A DNA stretch of 64,000 bases, from NCBI RefSeq assembly GCF_044704955.1, contig NC_091984.1, forward strand, positions 146,754,001 to 146,818,000, in the 5' to 3' direction. Within the stretch, counting starts at the first letter, position 1, and each line of letters begins with the position of its first letter. The stretch is from Pristiophorus japonicus. Its lineage: Eukaryota. A program made the position numbers and the translations under genes. Under the pieces are notes generated by a model. The model ran no database searches. It saw only the letters and a list, made by a program, of their open reading frames with translations, and was not told the DNA's origin. This document shows positions 9,547 through 21,561 of this stretch, one piece after another.

Positions 9547-12402
9547 GAATTAACTGTGCAAATAGATGTTAACAAATATGATGTGATTGGGATTACAGAG
9601 ACGTGGCTCCAGGATGATCAGGGCTGGGTACTCAACATCCAGGGGTATTCAACATTCAGGAAGGACAGAATAAAAGGAAAAGGAGGTGATGTAGCATTGC
9701 TGGTTAAAGAGGAGATTAATGCAATAGCTGGAAAGGACATTAGCTTGGATGATGTGGAATCTATATGGGTAGAGCTGCAGAACACCAAAGGGCAAAACAC
9801 GTTAGTGGGAGTTGTGTACAGACCTCCAAACAGTAGTAGTGATGTTGGGGAGGGCATCAAACAGGAAATTAGGGGTGCATGCAATAAAGGTGCAGCAGTT
9901 ATAATGGGTGACTTTAATATGCACATTGATTGGGCGAACCAAACTGGAAGCAATACGGTGGAGGAGGATTTCCTGCAGTGCATAAGGGATGGTTTTCTAG
10001 ACCAATATGTCGAGGAACCAACTAGGGGTTAGAGGCCATTTTAGACTGGGTGTTGTGTAATGAGAGAGGATTAATTAGCAATTTCATTGTGCGAGGCCCC
10101 TTGGGGAAGAATTACCATAATATGGTGGAATTTTGCATTAGGATGGAGAATGAAACAGTTAATTCAGAGACCATGGTCCAGAACTTAAAGAAGGGTAACT
10201 TTGAAGGTATGAGGCGTGAATTGGCTAGGATAGATTGGTGAATGATACTTAAGGGGTTGACTGTGGATGGGCAATGGCAGACATTTAGAGACCGCATGGA
10301 TGAACTACAACAATTGTACATACCTGTCTGGCGTAAAAAATAAAAAAGGGAAGGTGGCTCAACCGTGGCTATCAAGGGAAATCAGGGATAGTATTAAAGC
10401 CAAGGAAGTGGCATACAAATTGGCCAGAAATAGCAGCGAACCCGGGGACTGGGAGAAATTTAGAACTCAGCAGAGGAGGACAAAAGGTTTGATTAGGGCA
10501 GGGAAAATGGAGTACGAGAAGAAGCTTGCAGGGAACATTAAGACGGATTGCAAAAGTTTCTACAGATATGTAAAGAGAAAAAGGTTAGTAAAGACAAACG
10601 TAGGTCCCCTGCAGTCAGAATCAGGGTAAGTCATAACTGGGAACAAAGAAATGGCAGAACAATTGAACAAGTACTTTGGTTCGGTATTCACTAAGGAGGA
10701 CACAAACAACCTTCCGGATATAAAAGGGGTCAGAGGGTCTAGTAAGGAGGAGGAACTGAGGGAAATCCTTATTAGTCGGGAAATTGTGTTGGGGAAATTG
10801 ATGGGATTGAAGGCCGATAAATCCCCAGGGCCTGATGGACTGCATCCCAGAGTACTTAAGGAGGTGGCCTTGGAAATAGCTGATGCATTGACAGTCATTT
10901 TCCAACATTCCATTGACTCTGGATCAGTTCCTATCGAGTGGAGGGTAGCCAATGTAACCCCACTTTTTAAAAAAGGAGGGAGAGAGAAAACAGGGAATTA
11001 TACATCGGTCAGCCTGACATCGGTAGTGGGTAAAATGATGGAATCAATTATTAAGGATGTCATAGCAGCGCATTTGGAAAGAGGTGCCATGATAGGTCCA
11101 AGTCAGCATAGATTTGTGAAAGGGAAATCATGCTTGACAAATCTTCTGGAATGTTTTGAGGATGTTTCCAGTATTGTGGACAAGGGAGAACCAGTTGATG
11201 TGGTATATTTGGACTTTCAGAAGGCTTTCGACAAGGTCCCACACAAGAGATTAATGTGCAAAGTTAAAGCACATGGGATTGGGGGTAGTGTGCTGACATG
11301 GATTGAGAACTGGTTGTCAGACAGGAAGCAAAGAGTAGGAGTAAATGGGTACTTTTCAGAATGGCAGGCAGTGACTAGTGGGGTACCGCAAGGTTCTTTG
11401 CTGAGGCCCCAGCTGTTTACACTGTACATTAATGATTTAGACGAGGGGATTAAATGTAGTATCTCCAAATTTGCGGATGACACTAAGTTGGGTGGCAGTG
11501 TGAGCTGCGAGGAGGATGCTATAAGGCTGCAGAGCGACTTGGATAGGTTAGGTGAGTGGGCTAATGCATGGCAGATGAAGTATAATGTGGATAAATGTGA
11601 GGTTATCCACTTTGTTGGTAAAAACAGAGAGACAGAATATTATCTGAATGGTGCCAGATTAGGAAAAGGGGAGGTGCAACGAGACCTGGGTGTCATGGTA
11701 CATCAGTCATTGAAGGTTGGCATGCAGGTACAGCAGGCGGTTAAGAAAGCAAATGGCATGTTGGCCTTCATAGCGAGAGGATTTGAGTACAGGGCTAGGG
11801 AGGTGTTGCTACAGTTGTACAGGGCCTTGGTGAGGCCACACCTGGAGTATTGTGTACAATTTTGGTCTCCTAACTTGAGGAAGGACATTCTTGCTATTGA
11901 GGGAGTGCAGCGAAGGTTTGCCAGACTGATTCCCGGGATGGCGGGACTGACCTATCAAGAAAGACTGGATCAACTAGGCTTGTATTCACTGGAATTCAGA
12001 AGAATGAGATGGGACATCATAGAAACGTTTAAAATTCTGATGGGTTTAGACAGGTTAGATGCAGGAAGAATGTTCCCAATGTTGGGGAAGTCCAGAACCA
12101 GGGGTCATAGTCTAAGGATAAGGGGTATGCCATTTAGGACCGAGATGAGGAGAAACTTCTTCGCCCAGAGAGTGGTGAACCTGTGGAATTCTCTACCACA
12201 GAAAGTTGTTGAGGCCAATTCACTAAATATATTGAAAAAGGAGTTAGATGAAGTCCTTACTACTAGGGGGATCAAGGGGTATGGCGAGAAAGCAGGAATG
12301 GGGTACTGAAGTTGCATGTTCAGCCATGAACTCATTGAATGGCGGTGCAGGCTAGAAGGGCCGAATGGCCTACTCCACCTATTTTCTATGTTTCTATGTT
12401 TC
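9547..12402 (+). mobile_element. 5'-truncated CR1 LINE, ORF2 with stops and frameshifts
   Basis: ORFs 9373-10032, 10050-10241, 10267-10629 and 10651-12309 tile ORF2. Tail tttctatg at about 12383-12402. Same subfamily as 374-4864, opposite strand. Confidence 0.95.
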
Positions 12403-13997
12403 TAAAATACCATTTGCCTTCTTCACCGCCTGCTGTACCTGCATGCCCACTTTCAGTGACTGATGAACCATGACACCCAGGTCTCGTTGCACCTCCCCTT
12501 TTACTAATCTGCCACCATTCAGATAATATTCTGCCTTCCTGTATTTGCCTCCAAAATGTATAACGTCACATTTATCCACATTATACTGCAACTGCCATGC
12601 ATTTGCCCACTCACCTATCCTGTCCAAATCACCCTGCAGCCGCTTAGCGTCATCCTCACAGCTCACACCGCCACCCAGTTTAGTGTCATCTGCAAACTTG
12701 GAGATATTACACTCAAATCCTTCATCTCTATCGTGAATGTATATTGTAAAGAGCTGGATTCCCAGCACTGAGCCCTGCAGCACTCCACTAGTCACTGCCT
12801 GTCATTCTGAAAAGTACCCATTTATCCCGACTCTCTGCTTCCTGTCTGCCAACCAGTTCTCTATGCACGTCAGTACATTACCCCCAATACCACGCGCTTT
12901 GATTTTGCACAACAATCTCTTGTGCAGGACCTTGTCAAAAGCCTTTTGAAAGTCCAAATACACCACATCCACTGGTTCTCCCTTGTCCACTCTCCTAGTT
13001 ACATCCTCAAAAAATTCCAGAAGATTCGTCAAGCATGATTTCCTCTTCATAATTCCATGCTGACTTGGTCCGATCCTGTCACTGCATTCCAAATGCCCTG
13101 TTATTTCATCCTTAATGATTGATTCCAACATTTTCCCCACTACTGAAGTCAGGCTAACCGGTCTATAATTATCCGTTTTCTCTCTCCCTCCTTTTTTAAA
13201 AAGTAGTGTTACATTAGCTACCCTCCAGTCCACAGGAACTGATCTAGTGTCGATAGACTGTTGGAAAATGATCACCAATGCATCCACTATTTCTAGGGCC
13301 ACTCCTTTAAGTACACTGGGATGCAGACTATCAGGTCCCGGGGATTTATCGGCCTTCAATCCCATCAATTTCCCTGACACAATTTTCAGCCCAATAAGGA
13401 TATCCTTCTGTTCCTCCTTCTCACTAGACTCACTGTCCCCAAGTACATTCAGAAGGTTATTTATGTCTTCATTTGTGAAGGCAGAACCGAAATATTTGTT
13501 CAATTGGTCTGCCATTTCTTTATTCCCCATTATAAATTCACCTGAATCCAACTGCAAGAGACCTACATTGTCTTCACTAATCTTTTTCTCTTCACATATT
13601 TATAGAAGCTTTGGCAGTCAGTTTTTATGTTCCCTGCAAGCTTCCTCTCGTACTCTATTTTCCCCCTCTTAATTAACTCCTTAGTCCTCCTCTGTTGAAT
13701 TCTAAATTTCTCCCAGTCCTCAGGTTTCTTCCTTTTTTACACAAATTATATGCCTCATCCTTTGCATTAACACTATCCTTAATTTCCCTTGTTAGCCATG
13801 GTTGAGCCACCTTCCCCGTTTTATTTTTACTCCAGACGAGGATGTACAATTGCTGAAGTTCATCCATGTGATCGTTAAATGTTTGCCATTGTTTATCCAC
13901 CATCAACCCTTTAAGTATCCTTTGCCAGTCTATTCTAGCCAATTCACGCCTCATACCGTCAAAGTTACATTTCCTTAAGTTCAGGACCCTAGTTTCC
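12403..13997 (-). mobile_element. CR1 LINE internal fragment, related subfamily
   Basis: ORFs 12394-12795, 12802-13557 and 13673-14050 carry FADD, LDFQKAFDKV and KSPGPD. Confidence 0.9.
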
Positions 13998-14475
13998 AAT
14001 TCTCTCTTGCCTCCAATATATCCAATTCCTTCTTGTAGACCTGGGCCCACAGCACCAGACTGCCCCTAACCTGGGCACAACATTGGCATCTCATTCATTC
14101 ACTGGGACAGGAAATGCCTGGTGTGGGAAATGGGACCTAGGGCTCTGAACATTCCGTCTCCTCTCCTGAGGAAGGCTTCATGTTGGGGTCCAGTTCCAGG
14201 GGCCCCGACAGCACGTTCCGACCTCACCCACTTCCCCATTCCACGTGTGTAAGCCTGGACCCTCTCAGCAGGATATCCAACTGCAGGAGGCCGCACCACT
14301 GTGTCCAGCACTGTCCTCACCCGAAATCCACACACAGTCTGCATTGATCTGGTGCCTTTAACGTGCCAAAGGTCTCAAGACGCTTGCCAGCAAGATATAG
14401 CTGGCCACAGGGCGCCTCACCCTCAGCACAGACTCTCAGAGCGCACTGAGGTCAGTTGCAATGGGTCAGCGGGGT

Positions 14476-14731
14476 TCAATAGAAGCAATAGGAAAGAATA
14501 ATATTTCCTGGTCCCGATTGGAGGACCAATAGGAAGGAGTCATGTTTCCTGATCCCTATTGAGGGACCAATAAGAAGGAGCCAAATTTCCTGGGCCCTAT
14601 TGGAGGACCAATAGGAAGGAGCCATGTTTCCTGGTCCCAGTTGGAGGACCAATAGGATGGAGCCATGTTGCCTGGGCCCTATTGGAGGACCAATAGGAAG
14701 GATCCATGTTGCCTGGGCACTATTGGAGGAC
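14476..14731. repeat. 41-bp minisatellite, about 6 copies, 0.7-1 kb upstream of the V leader
   Basis: The attggaggaccaataggaaggagccatgtttcctgggccct unit starts at 14517, 14558, 14599, 14640, 14681 and 14722. Confidence 0.92.
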
Positions 14732-15296
14732 GAGTGGGACATGGAGTCCATGTTAGACGTGGAGTGCGGACCCTTCCTGTTGTAAATGTGGGATCATCGG
14801 CACCTGATCCCAGTAAAAATACCCTGACCTGGAGTGGGGCCATGGAAGGGGAAGGAGAGGGGAAGGGATTCGAAAATGTTCTGAGCGGACAGGATGGGGC
14901 AGTGGGTCAGAACCTGTCCTGTCGCTCCAGCTCACACTGATGGGGTGAGGATCTCCTCCCTCTGCTGGGCCTTCATGAAATGAGCTTTCTGTCCAAACCG
15001 GTCCCGACTGAGAATAGGCCCACAGCACAGAACGGCCCTTAATTGGGCAATTAACAACCAGTGCACTGAGAGAGGCCAAGGGATGGCCACTGTGGGGAAT
15101 GGGGCCTTACTCCAGGAGAAGGCATGCTCTGGGGTCAAGGGTTAACATCCATTGGTGGGGCAGGGCACAGGGAGGTTTACTCTGCATTTCAGTGTGCTGC
15201 ACCGGGGAGTCTGTGGGGAAGAGAGAGAGAGGGACAGACATAGTGACAGTGAGAGAGAGAGAGGGAGTTGGTGGGAGCGAGCGGTCGGGATAGAAG

Positions 15297-15396
15297 AAGA
15301 GGAAGTGAAATGTGCTGACGTGGCTTTCTCTGTGTGAAGACATTTACATACTGAGGGATGGGCAGTGAGACTCTCACAGGCTGCAGGTTTATAAAG
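15297..15396 (+). promoter_or_regulatory. Ig V promoter: ETS-IRF composite, TGACGTGG, variant octamer, TATA
   Basis: AAGAGGAAGTGAAA 15297-15310, TGACGTGG 15316-15323, ATTTACAT 15342-15349 (1 mismatch to ATTTGCAT), TATAAA 15390-15395, ATG at 15455 in CACCATG context. Confidence 0.75.
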
Positions 15397-15454
15397 CAGA
15401 GCCCAGTGAAGGGCAGTTTATCAGTAAGCAGGCACAGGGACAGGAGCAGACACC

Positions 15455-15503
15455 ATGATTTCACCCATCCAGCTGATCTGGCCTCTGGCATTCTGTGTCG
15501 CAG
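15455..15503 (+). CDS. IGKV: Ig kappa-type light chain leader exon (MISPIQLIWPLAFCVA)
   Basis: Hydrophobic signal peptide; phase-1 donor CAG|gtacc; 187-nt intron ending ttccccctcag at 15690. Confidence 0.93.
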
Positions 15504-15690
15504 GTACCAATCTCTCTCCTTCCACGTTTAATATCTCCCTGCTGTCGATTTCTGTCCAACTCTACTGACCAGTGATTGAAGGGCAAATGCTGACACTAGA
15601 GGAGAGCTCAGTGTCTCGAGCAATCTCTCATTTTACAGCGTCTTTCTGTGACAGTGCTTACTTCACTTTCTTTCCCTATTTCCCCCTCAG

Positions 15691-15989
15691 GTATCAGTGG
15701 GGACATCATCATGACCCAGTCTCCCCCGGTGCTGCCAGTGAGTGAGGGACAGACTGCAACCATCACCTGTACCGCCAGTGCATCCGTTAGCAAGTATGTT
15801 AATTGGTACCAGCAGAAAGCCGGGCAGAAACCCACTCTGCTGATCTATTACGCAACATCTCGTTTCACTGGAACCTCCGATCGCTTCACCGGCAGTTACC
15901 AGTCCAACACGTTCACCCTGAGCATCAGCAACGTGCAGAGCGAGGATGTTGCAGACTATCACTGTCAGCAATATAACTGCTACCCTCTA
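15691..15989 (+). CDS. IGKV: Ig kappa-type (type III/NS4-like) V segment, unrearranged, open frame
   Basis: [67 protein letters not shown], followed directly by an RSS. Confidence 0.97.
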
Positions 15990-16017
15990 CACTGTGATAC
16001 ACAGCCGTACAAAAACC
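15990..16017 (+). promoter_or_regulatory. V recombination signal sequence, 12-bp spacer
   Basis: CACTGTG-atacacagccgt-ACAAAAACC with a consensus nonamer. V-12/J-23 is the kappa-type configuration. Confidence 0.97.
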
Positions 16018-16116
16018 TCAATATACACAGCCCCACCTCCTGTACTGACTCACCCCACAGTTATATATAATATATAATAATTGACACACAGCCCCTTCTC
16101 CCGTACTGACTCAGCC

Positions 16117-19100
16117 TGTTATGTCTTCAACCAGCATTGTAACCCATGTATAATCTGACCTAATTTGTACACTGTGAAAACAATGACCAGGAGGTGGGAG
16201 ACACTCCTAACCTGGACCTTCAGGTATAAAAGGGGAAGCTCCACCCACCTTCATCACTTGAGTGCGAAGGAATAAAGGACAGGTCACAGACTGACCTTCT
16301 CTGAAGCATGGGCCTCGTGTGCATTTATACTGTATAGTAAGGACGTATCAATGGCGACGAGAAACTGGGATTTAAACCACGCGAGCATGGCCACTAGCAG
16401 AACAGATGAGAGGTACTGTGTTAAGGAATGGTTGGGACAGAGATTCAACATTGTTAAAGCAACACACAGTTCTCCAGGCAGACAACGGCAGTCAGGCATG
16501 CCCCAACATGTAGTCGAACCCAGAGGGGGAGTTCGACAGAGACAATGACAAGTTGAACGGCGATTCACGCCATTGCAAGGGGCAATGCGGCCAGTAATGG
16601 GGCCATCAACACCTGTTAGTGGCGCACTCAGGGACAGTCACAGGAGCAGTCAGGGACGATCAACTGGCAAGGGACCTTTTGTTTCCAACAGCAGCTCATG
16701 TTGGAGGCGTGGAGGCACACACTCAGCCGGAGTTTGCAGAGATGAGCAAAATACCTGCAGAAATTGCAGAAATGAACGCTGGGGGAAATCGCTGGAAGCT
16801 GAAGTTCAGCGAGTTCATGTGGAGCACGTATACAGTTCATACACCAGGACGCCACCGATAATGATGAACGTGCTCCTCAATGGCATCCCAGTATCAATGG
16901 AGTTAGACACGGGTGCCAGCCAGTCCCTGATGGGTATCAAACAGTTCGAAAAGTTGTGGGCGTCCAAGGCCAGGAGGCCAAAATTATCACCGATTGACGC
17001 ACAGCTACGGACTTACATAAAGCACATCATTCCGGTGCTAGGCAGCGCCACGGTTGTGTGACCCACAAAGATTCGGAGAACAGGTTGCCACTCTGGATTG
17101 TCCCAGGGGACGGTCCCGCACTACTGGGGAGGAGTTGGCTTGCTGTCATGTCCTGGAAATGGGGCGATGTCAATGCAATTTCCTCTGTGGAGCGAGTATC
17201 ATGCTCACAGATCCTGGACAAATTTGACTCATTATTTCAACCCGGCATCAGCACTTTCATGGGGGCCAAGGTAGTGATTCACATAAACCCGGATGCCAGG
17301 CCAGTAAACCACAAGGCTAGAGCGGTGCCGTAAGTGATGCGGGAAAAGATAGAAGGCAAATTGGACCGCCTGCTGAGGGAAGGCATCATCTCTCCAGTCG
17401 AATTCAGTGACTGGGCAAGCCCAATCATGCCAGTGCTCAAGGCGAATGGGTCGGTCAGGATATGTGGTGATTACAAGGCCACCATTAATCGGGTGTCACT
17501 CCAAGACCAGTACCTGCTACCGAGAGCGGAGGACCTCTTTGCGACGTTATCCGGTGGCAAACTTTTTTCAAAATTGGACCTGACCTCAGCTTACAGTCTG
17601 GAGCTGGCGAGTGAGTCAAAGAAGCTGACCACCATCACGACACACAAGGGGTTGTTTGAGTACAACAGATGTCCGTTCGGGATTCGCTCGGCCGCCGCGA
17701 TGTTCCAATGAAATATGGAAAGCCTCCTCAAGTCGATTCCAGGGACGGTGGTTTTTCAGGACGACATCCTCATCACGGGTTACGATACTGAAGAACAACT
17801 CCACAACCTGGAGGAGGTGCTACACAGACTGCACCGGGTAGGCTGTGACTGAAAAAGGCGAAGTGCATCTTCCTAGCTCCACAGGTAGAATTCCTTTGGA
17901 TGAGGGTAGCAGCAGACGGGATCAGCCCTACTGCATCCAAGACTGAAGCGATCCAGAGAGCACCCAGATCCCGTAACATGACGGAGCTGCGTTCGTTCCT
18001 GGGGCTCCTGAACTATTTTGGTAACATTCTTCCGAAATTGAGCATGCTGCTAGAGCCGCTACACGTGCTCCTACGCAAAGGTCGTGAATGGGTTTGGGGG
18101 GACAGCCAGGAAAGGGCTTTTAATAGAGCATGCAATTTGTTATGCTCCAACACTCTGTTAACACTATACGACCCATGTAAGAAACTTGGGTTATCGTGCA
18201 ATGCATCGTCCTATGTTGTCGGTTGTGTGTTGCAGCATGTCAATGTCAAGGGTCAGTTATAGCCAGGAGCTTATGCCTCGAGGAGTCTGTCCCAGGCAGA
18301 AAGGGGTTACGGGATGGGAGAAAAAGAGGCGCTCGCATGTGTATATGCGGTAAAGAAAATGCACCAATACCTGTTTGGCAGGAAATTTGAGCTGGAGACA
18401 GATCACAAACCCTGAACCTCCCTTTTGGCCGACAACAAGGCCATAAATGCAAACGCATCGGCCCGCATACAGAGGTGGGCACTCACGTTAGCCGCCTATG
18501 ACTATACAATTCGACACAGACCGGGTACTGAAAACTGCGCCGATACACTCAGCAGGCTCCCACAAGCCACCACTGAGGGGGCTACTGAGCATGCTGTTGA
18601 GATGGTCATAGCTGTTGAAGCTTTCGGAAGTGAAGGCTCACCCATGACAGCCCATCAGATTAAAGTCTGGACAAACAGAGACCCGCTATTGTCTCTAGTC
18701 AAGAAATGTGTCCTGAATGGGGACTGGGCAGCCACGTACAGGGCATGCCCTGAGAAATTTAAACCATTTCACAAGCGCAGGGATGAACTCTCGATTCAGA
18801 CTGATTGCCTACTGTGGGGAAACCGCAGTAGTCATGCCCCAGATGTGCAGAGAGGTGTTCATCAGAGAACTCCACAATGAGCACCCGGGCATTGTCATGA
18901 TGAAGGCAATTGCCAGGTCACACGTTTGGTGGCCAGGGATAGACGCAGATCTGGAACTTTGTGTTCGCAGGTGCAACACATGTGCCCAGCTGGGCAATGC
19001 GCCCAGTGAAGCCCCCCTTAGTCCTTGGTCATGGCCCGCCAAGCCTTGGTCACGCATCCATGTGGACTACGCAGGTCCTTTCATGGGGAAAATGTTTTTG

Positions 19101-20236
19101 GTTGTAGTAGACGCCTGCTCCAAATGGATCGAGTGTGACATTTTAAATTCAAGCACATCCTCTACCACGTTAGAAAGTCTACGGGCAATGTTCGCCGCCC
19201 ACGGGTCTACCGGACGTCTTGGTCAGCGACAATGGCGCGTGCTTCACAAGCACTGAATTCCAGGACTAAATGGCAGGCAATGGAATTAACCATGTTAAAA
19301 TGGCACCGTTCAAGCCTGCCTCAAACGGCCAGGCAGAACGAGCAGTGCAGATAATCAAACAGGGGACGCTTAGAATCCAAGGGGGCTCCCTACAAAGGCG
19401 CTTATCACGCCCCCTGTTGGCCTATAGATCCCGACCACACTCGCTCACAGGGGTTCCACCCGCAGAGCTGCTAATGAAAAGGATGCTCAAAACCCGACTA
19501 TCCTTTATACACCCGACCATGAAAGAAATTGTCCAGAGCAGGCGCTAGCCACAATATGAGTACCATGACAGGAATGCGAGGGCATGATGTATTGATGTAA
19601 ATGATCCTGTTTTTGTCCTCAACTACGCTGCAGGGCCCAAATGGCTCGCAGGCACTGTGATTGCCAAAGAGGGAAATAGGATTCTGGTAGTTAAACTTAC
19701 CAATGGACAAATCTGCCGCAAACACGTGGATCAAACAAAAAGGAGGCTCAGCAACCCCATCGCAGAAGCAGAGGAAGAACACGATGTAGAGTTCACTCCA
19801 CCACAGGTGACCGAACACCGGAACCAAAGGTTGGAGAGCCCAATCACTGTGGGCCGTCTGGATAGGCCTGAGGCACCGCAAAAAGCAAACACTCAGGCCA
19901 GCGCCCAACAACCGGAGCCCCAACTCAGGCGCTCTACAAGAGAGCATAAACCATCAGAGAGACTCAACCTGTGATCCCAATAAGACTTTGAGGGGGGAGG
20001 TGATGTCATGTATTCAACCAGCATTGTAACCCATGTATAATCTGACCTAAGTTGTACACTGTGAGAACAATGACCACGAGGGGGAGACACTCCTAACCTG
20101 GACCTTCAGGTATAAAAGGGGAAGCTCCACCCACCTTCATCACTTGAGTGCTAAGGAATAAAGGACAGGTCACAGACTGACCTTCGCTCAAGCATGGGCC
20201 TCATATGCATTTATACTGTATAGTAAGGACCTATCA
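16117..20236 (+). mobile_element. Ty3/Gypsy (Mag-like) LTR retrotransposon, gag-deleted and pol-disrupted, in the V-J interval
   Basis: LTRs 16117-16350 and 20004-20236 (TG..CA); PBS TGGCGACGAG (tRNA-Ser-like); PPT about 19990-20000; protease LDTGA, RT FQDD, integrase HH..CNTC and DYAGPF; near-TSD cagcc/caccc. Confidence 0.95.
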
Positions 20237-20529
20237 CACCCCACAGTTATATATAATATATAATAATGGACACACAGCCCCACGTCCTGTAAGGTTTTAC
20301 ACATGACTGACATTCGGCTCGATGGGAGTGATGGCAGGAATATTCAGCTGGAAGTTGCAGTGAATTGGGAAAGGATGGAGTGGGTCAGAGAGGAGTTGGG
20401 GCTGTGTCTTCATCACTGAGAATCTCACAGCTCTACTCTGTACATTCAGACAGCACGGAGACACTGGGTGGTCCCTGTGTCCTCAATCCAAATAATCTCA
20501 CAAACCCCCCACTATTGAGAGGGCCACAA

Positions 20530-21280
20530 CTTATAAAACCCAAAGCATAAACATGAAAGGAAAGTGAACAAGTGAAATCGTCATGTTCTTTCCCTGCCCA
20601 CCCCACACTCCAGGCCCTGTGGTGCCCACCCGTCGCAGAAGGCCTCAGGCCTAATCTGGGCTCCGTCCCCAGGGCCACCCGGGTGTGGTCTACACCGCCG
20701 AAGGGAGGCAGGCAGGCAGTGTGTCCACTCCATGGGCCCCGTCTAACTGGGACAACTGGGACCTGTGGATGGTCACCTTGGCCAGGCCCAGTAGCAGGCC
20801 CATGGGGAGGCCCTCTGACCTGCCCGCTCCCCCCACACGGGGTGACCAGGCCCAGGAGCAGGCCCACGGGGAGGCCCTCCGACTTGCCCGCTCCCCCCGC
20901 ACCGGGTGACCAGGCCCAGGAGCGTGGGACTGAAGTGGAGCCAAAAATCGAGCAGCAGCCCCTTCAAATAGTGGAAGAGGGGCTGCATCCTCTCACACTC
21001 CACGTACACACGGGTCACAGACTGAGGAAACAGGTTTCTAAAGCCCCTGAAACTCATTATTTTATAATGATCTACGAGGAAGGCCTGTGTCAGCAACACA
21101 AATATCTCGCTTGCAGACGGAGCCCGTTGTTCAAGGGGCACAAAGAGGTGAGCCCTGTGTGACGGGGACTTTCATTCTCCAGCAATTCCGTGGCCCCAGG
21201 GTTACCGCCTGATGGGGCGGGAAGGGCAGCTGGGAGATTTGTCCCCAACTCTCCTGGGTACTGCCACAGGCAACTCGGAA
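20530..21280 (-). mobile_element. Tx1/L1-clade non-LTR retrotransposon relic with an internal 64-bp tandem duplication
   Basis: The minus strand reads VYVECERMQPLFHYLKGLLLDFWLHFSPTLL and GLLLGLAKVTIHRS, like a Tx1 ORF2 C-terminus. The duplicated unit lies at about 20782-20922. Confidence 0.65.
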
Positions 21281-21281
21281 A

Positions 21282-21550
21282 CAGAGAGAGAGGGAGGGAG
21301 TGAGTGAGGGAGGGGGAGTGAGTGAAGGAGGGAGGAAGGGAGAGGGAGAGCGAGAGAGGGGGAGAGGGAGAGGGAGAAAAAGTGAGGGGGAAAGAGTGCG
21401 AGAGGCAGTCAGAGAGAAGCAAAATGAGAGAGTGAGAAAGAGAGATAAAGTGAGGGAGACAGTGAGACGCTGAGAAAGAAACCCACACACAGACACACAC
21501 ACACACACACACACAGACAGACAGAGAGCGGGGGAGAGAGACTGAGTGAG
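21282..21550. repeat. GA-rich tract plus (CA)n abutting the J RSS
   Basis: About 200 bp of mostly G/A, then a cacacac run at 21485-21515. Confidence 0.9.
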
Positions 21551-21561
21551 CCAGGGATGGA

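Noticed and set aside
9373-10032. 219-aa ORF as a novel fusion gene
   Set aside because: Accidental read-through from antisense ERV sequence into a truncated CR1 endonuclease; it starts at a non-ATG codon.
15648-16070. Germline-joined VJ gene, or a 140-aa standalone ORF
   Set aside because: V ends in an intact RSS and J is 5.6 kb away; the ORF simply reads from the intron through the RSS.
16170-16176. CACTGTG heptamers in the Gypsy LTRs (also near 20057) as decoy RSSs
   Set aside because: For the 5' LTR copy, no nonamer-like sequence at 12 or 23 bp on either side; the 3' LTR context is nearly the same.
21164-21175. kB-like GGGGACTTTCAT
   Set aside because: Lacks the terminal CC, lies within a LINE relic, and would be deleted on V-J joining.
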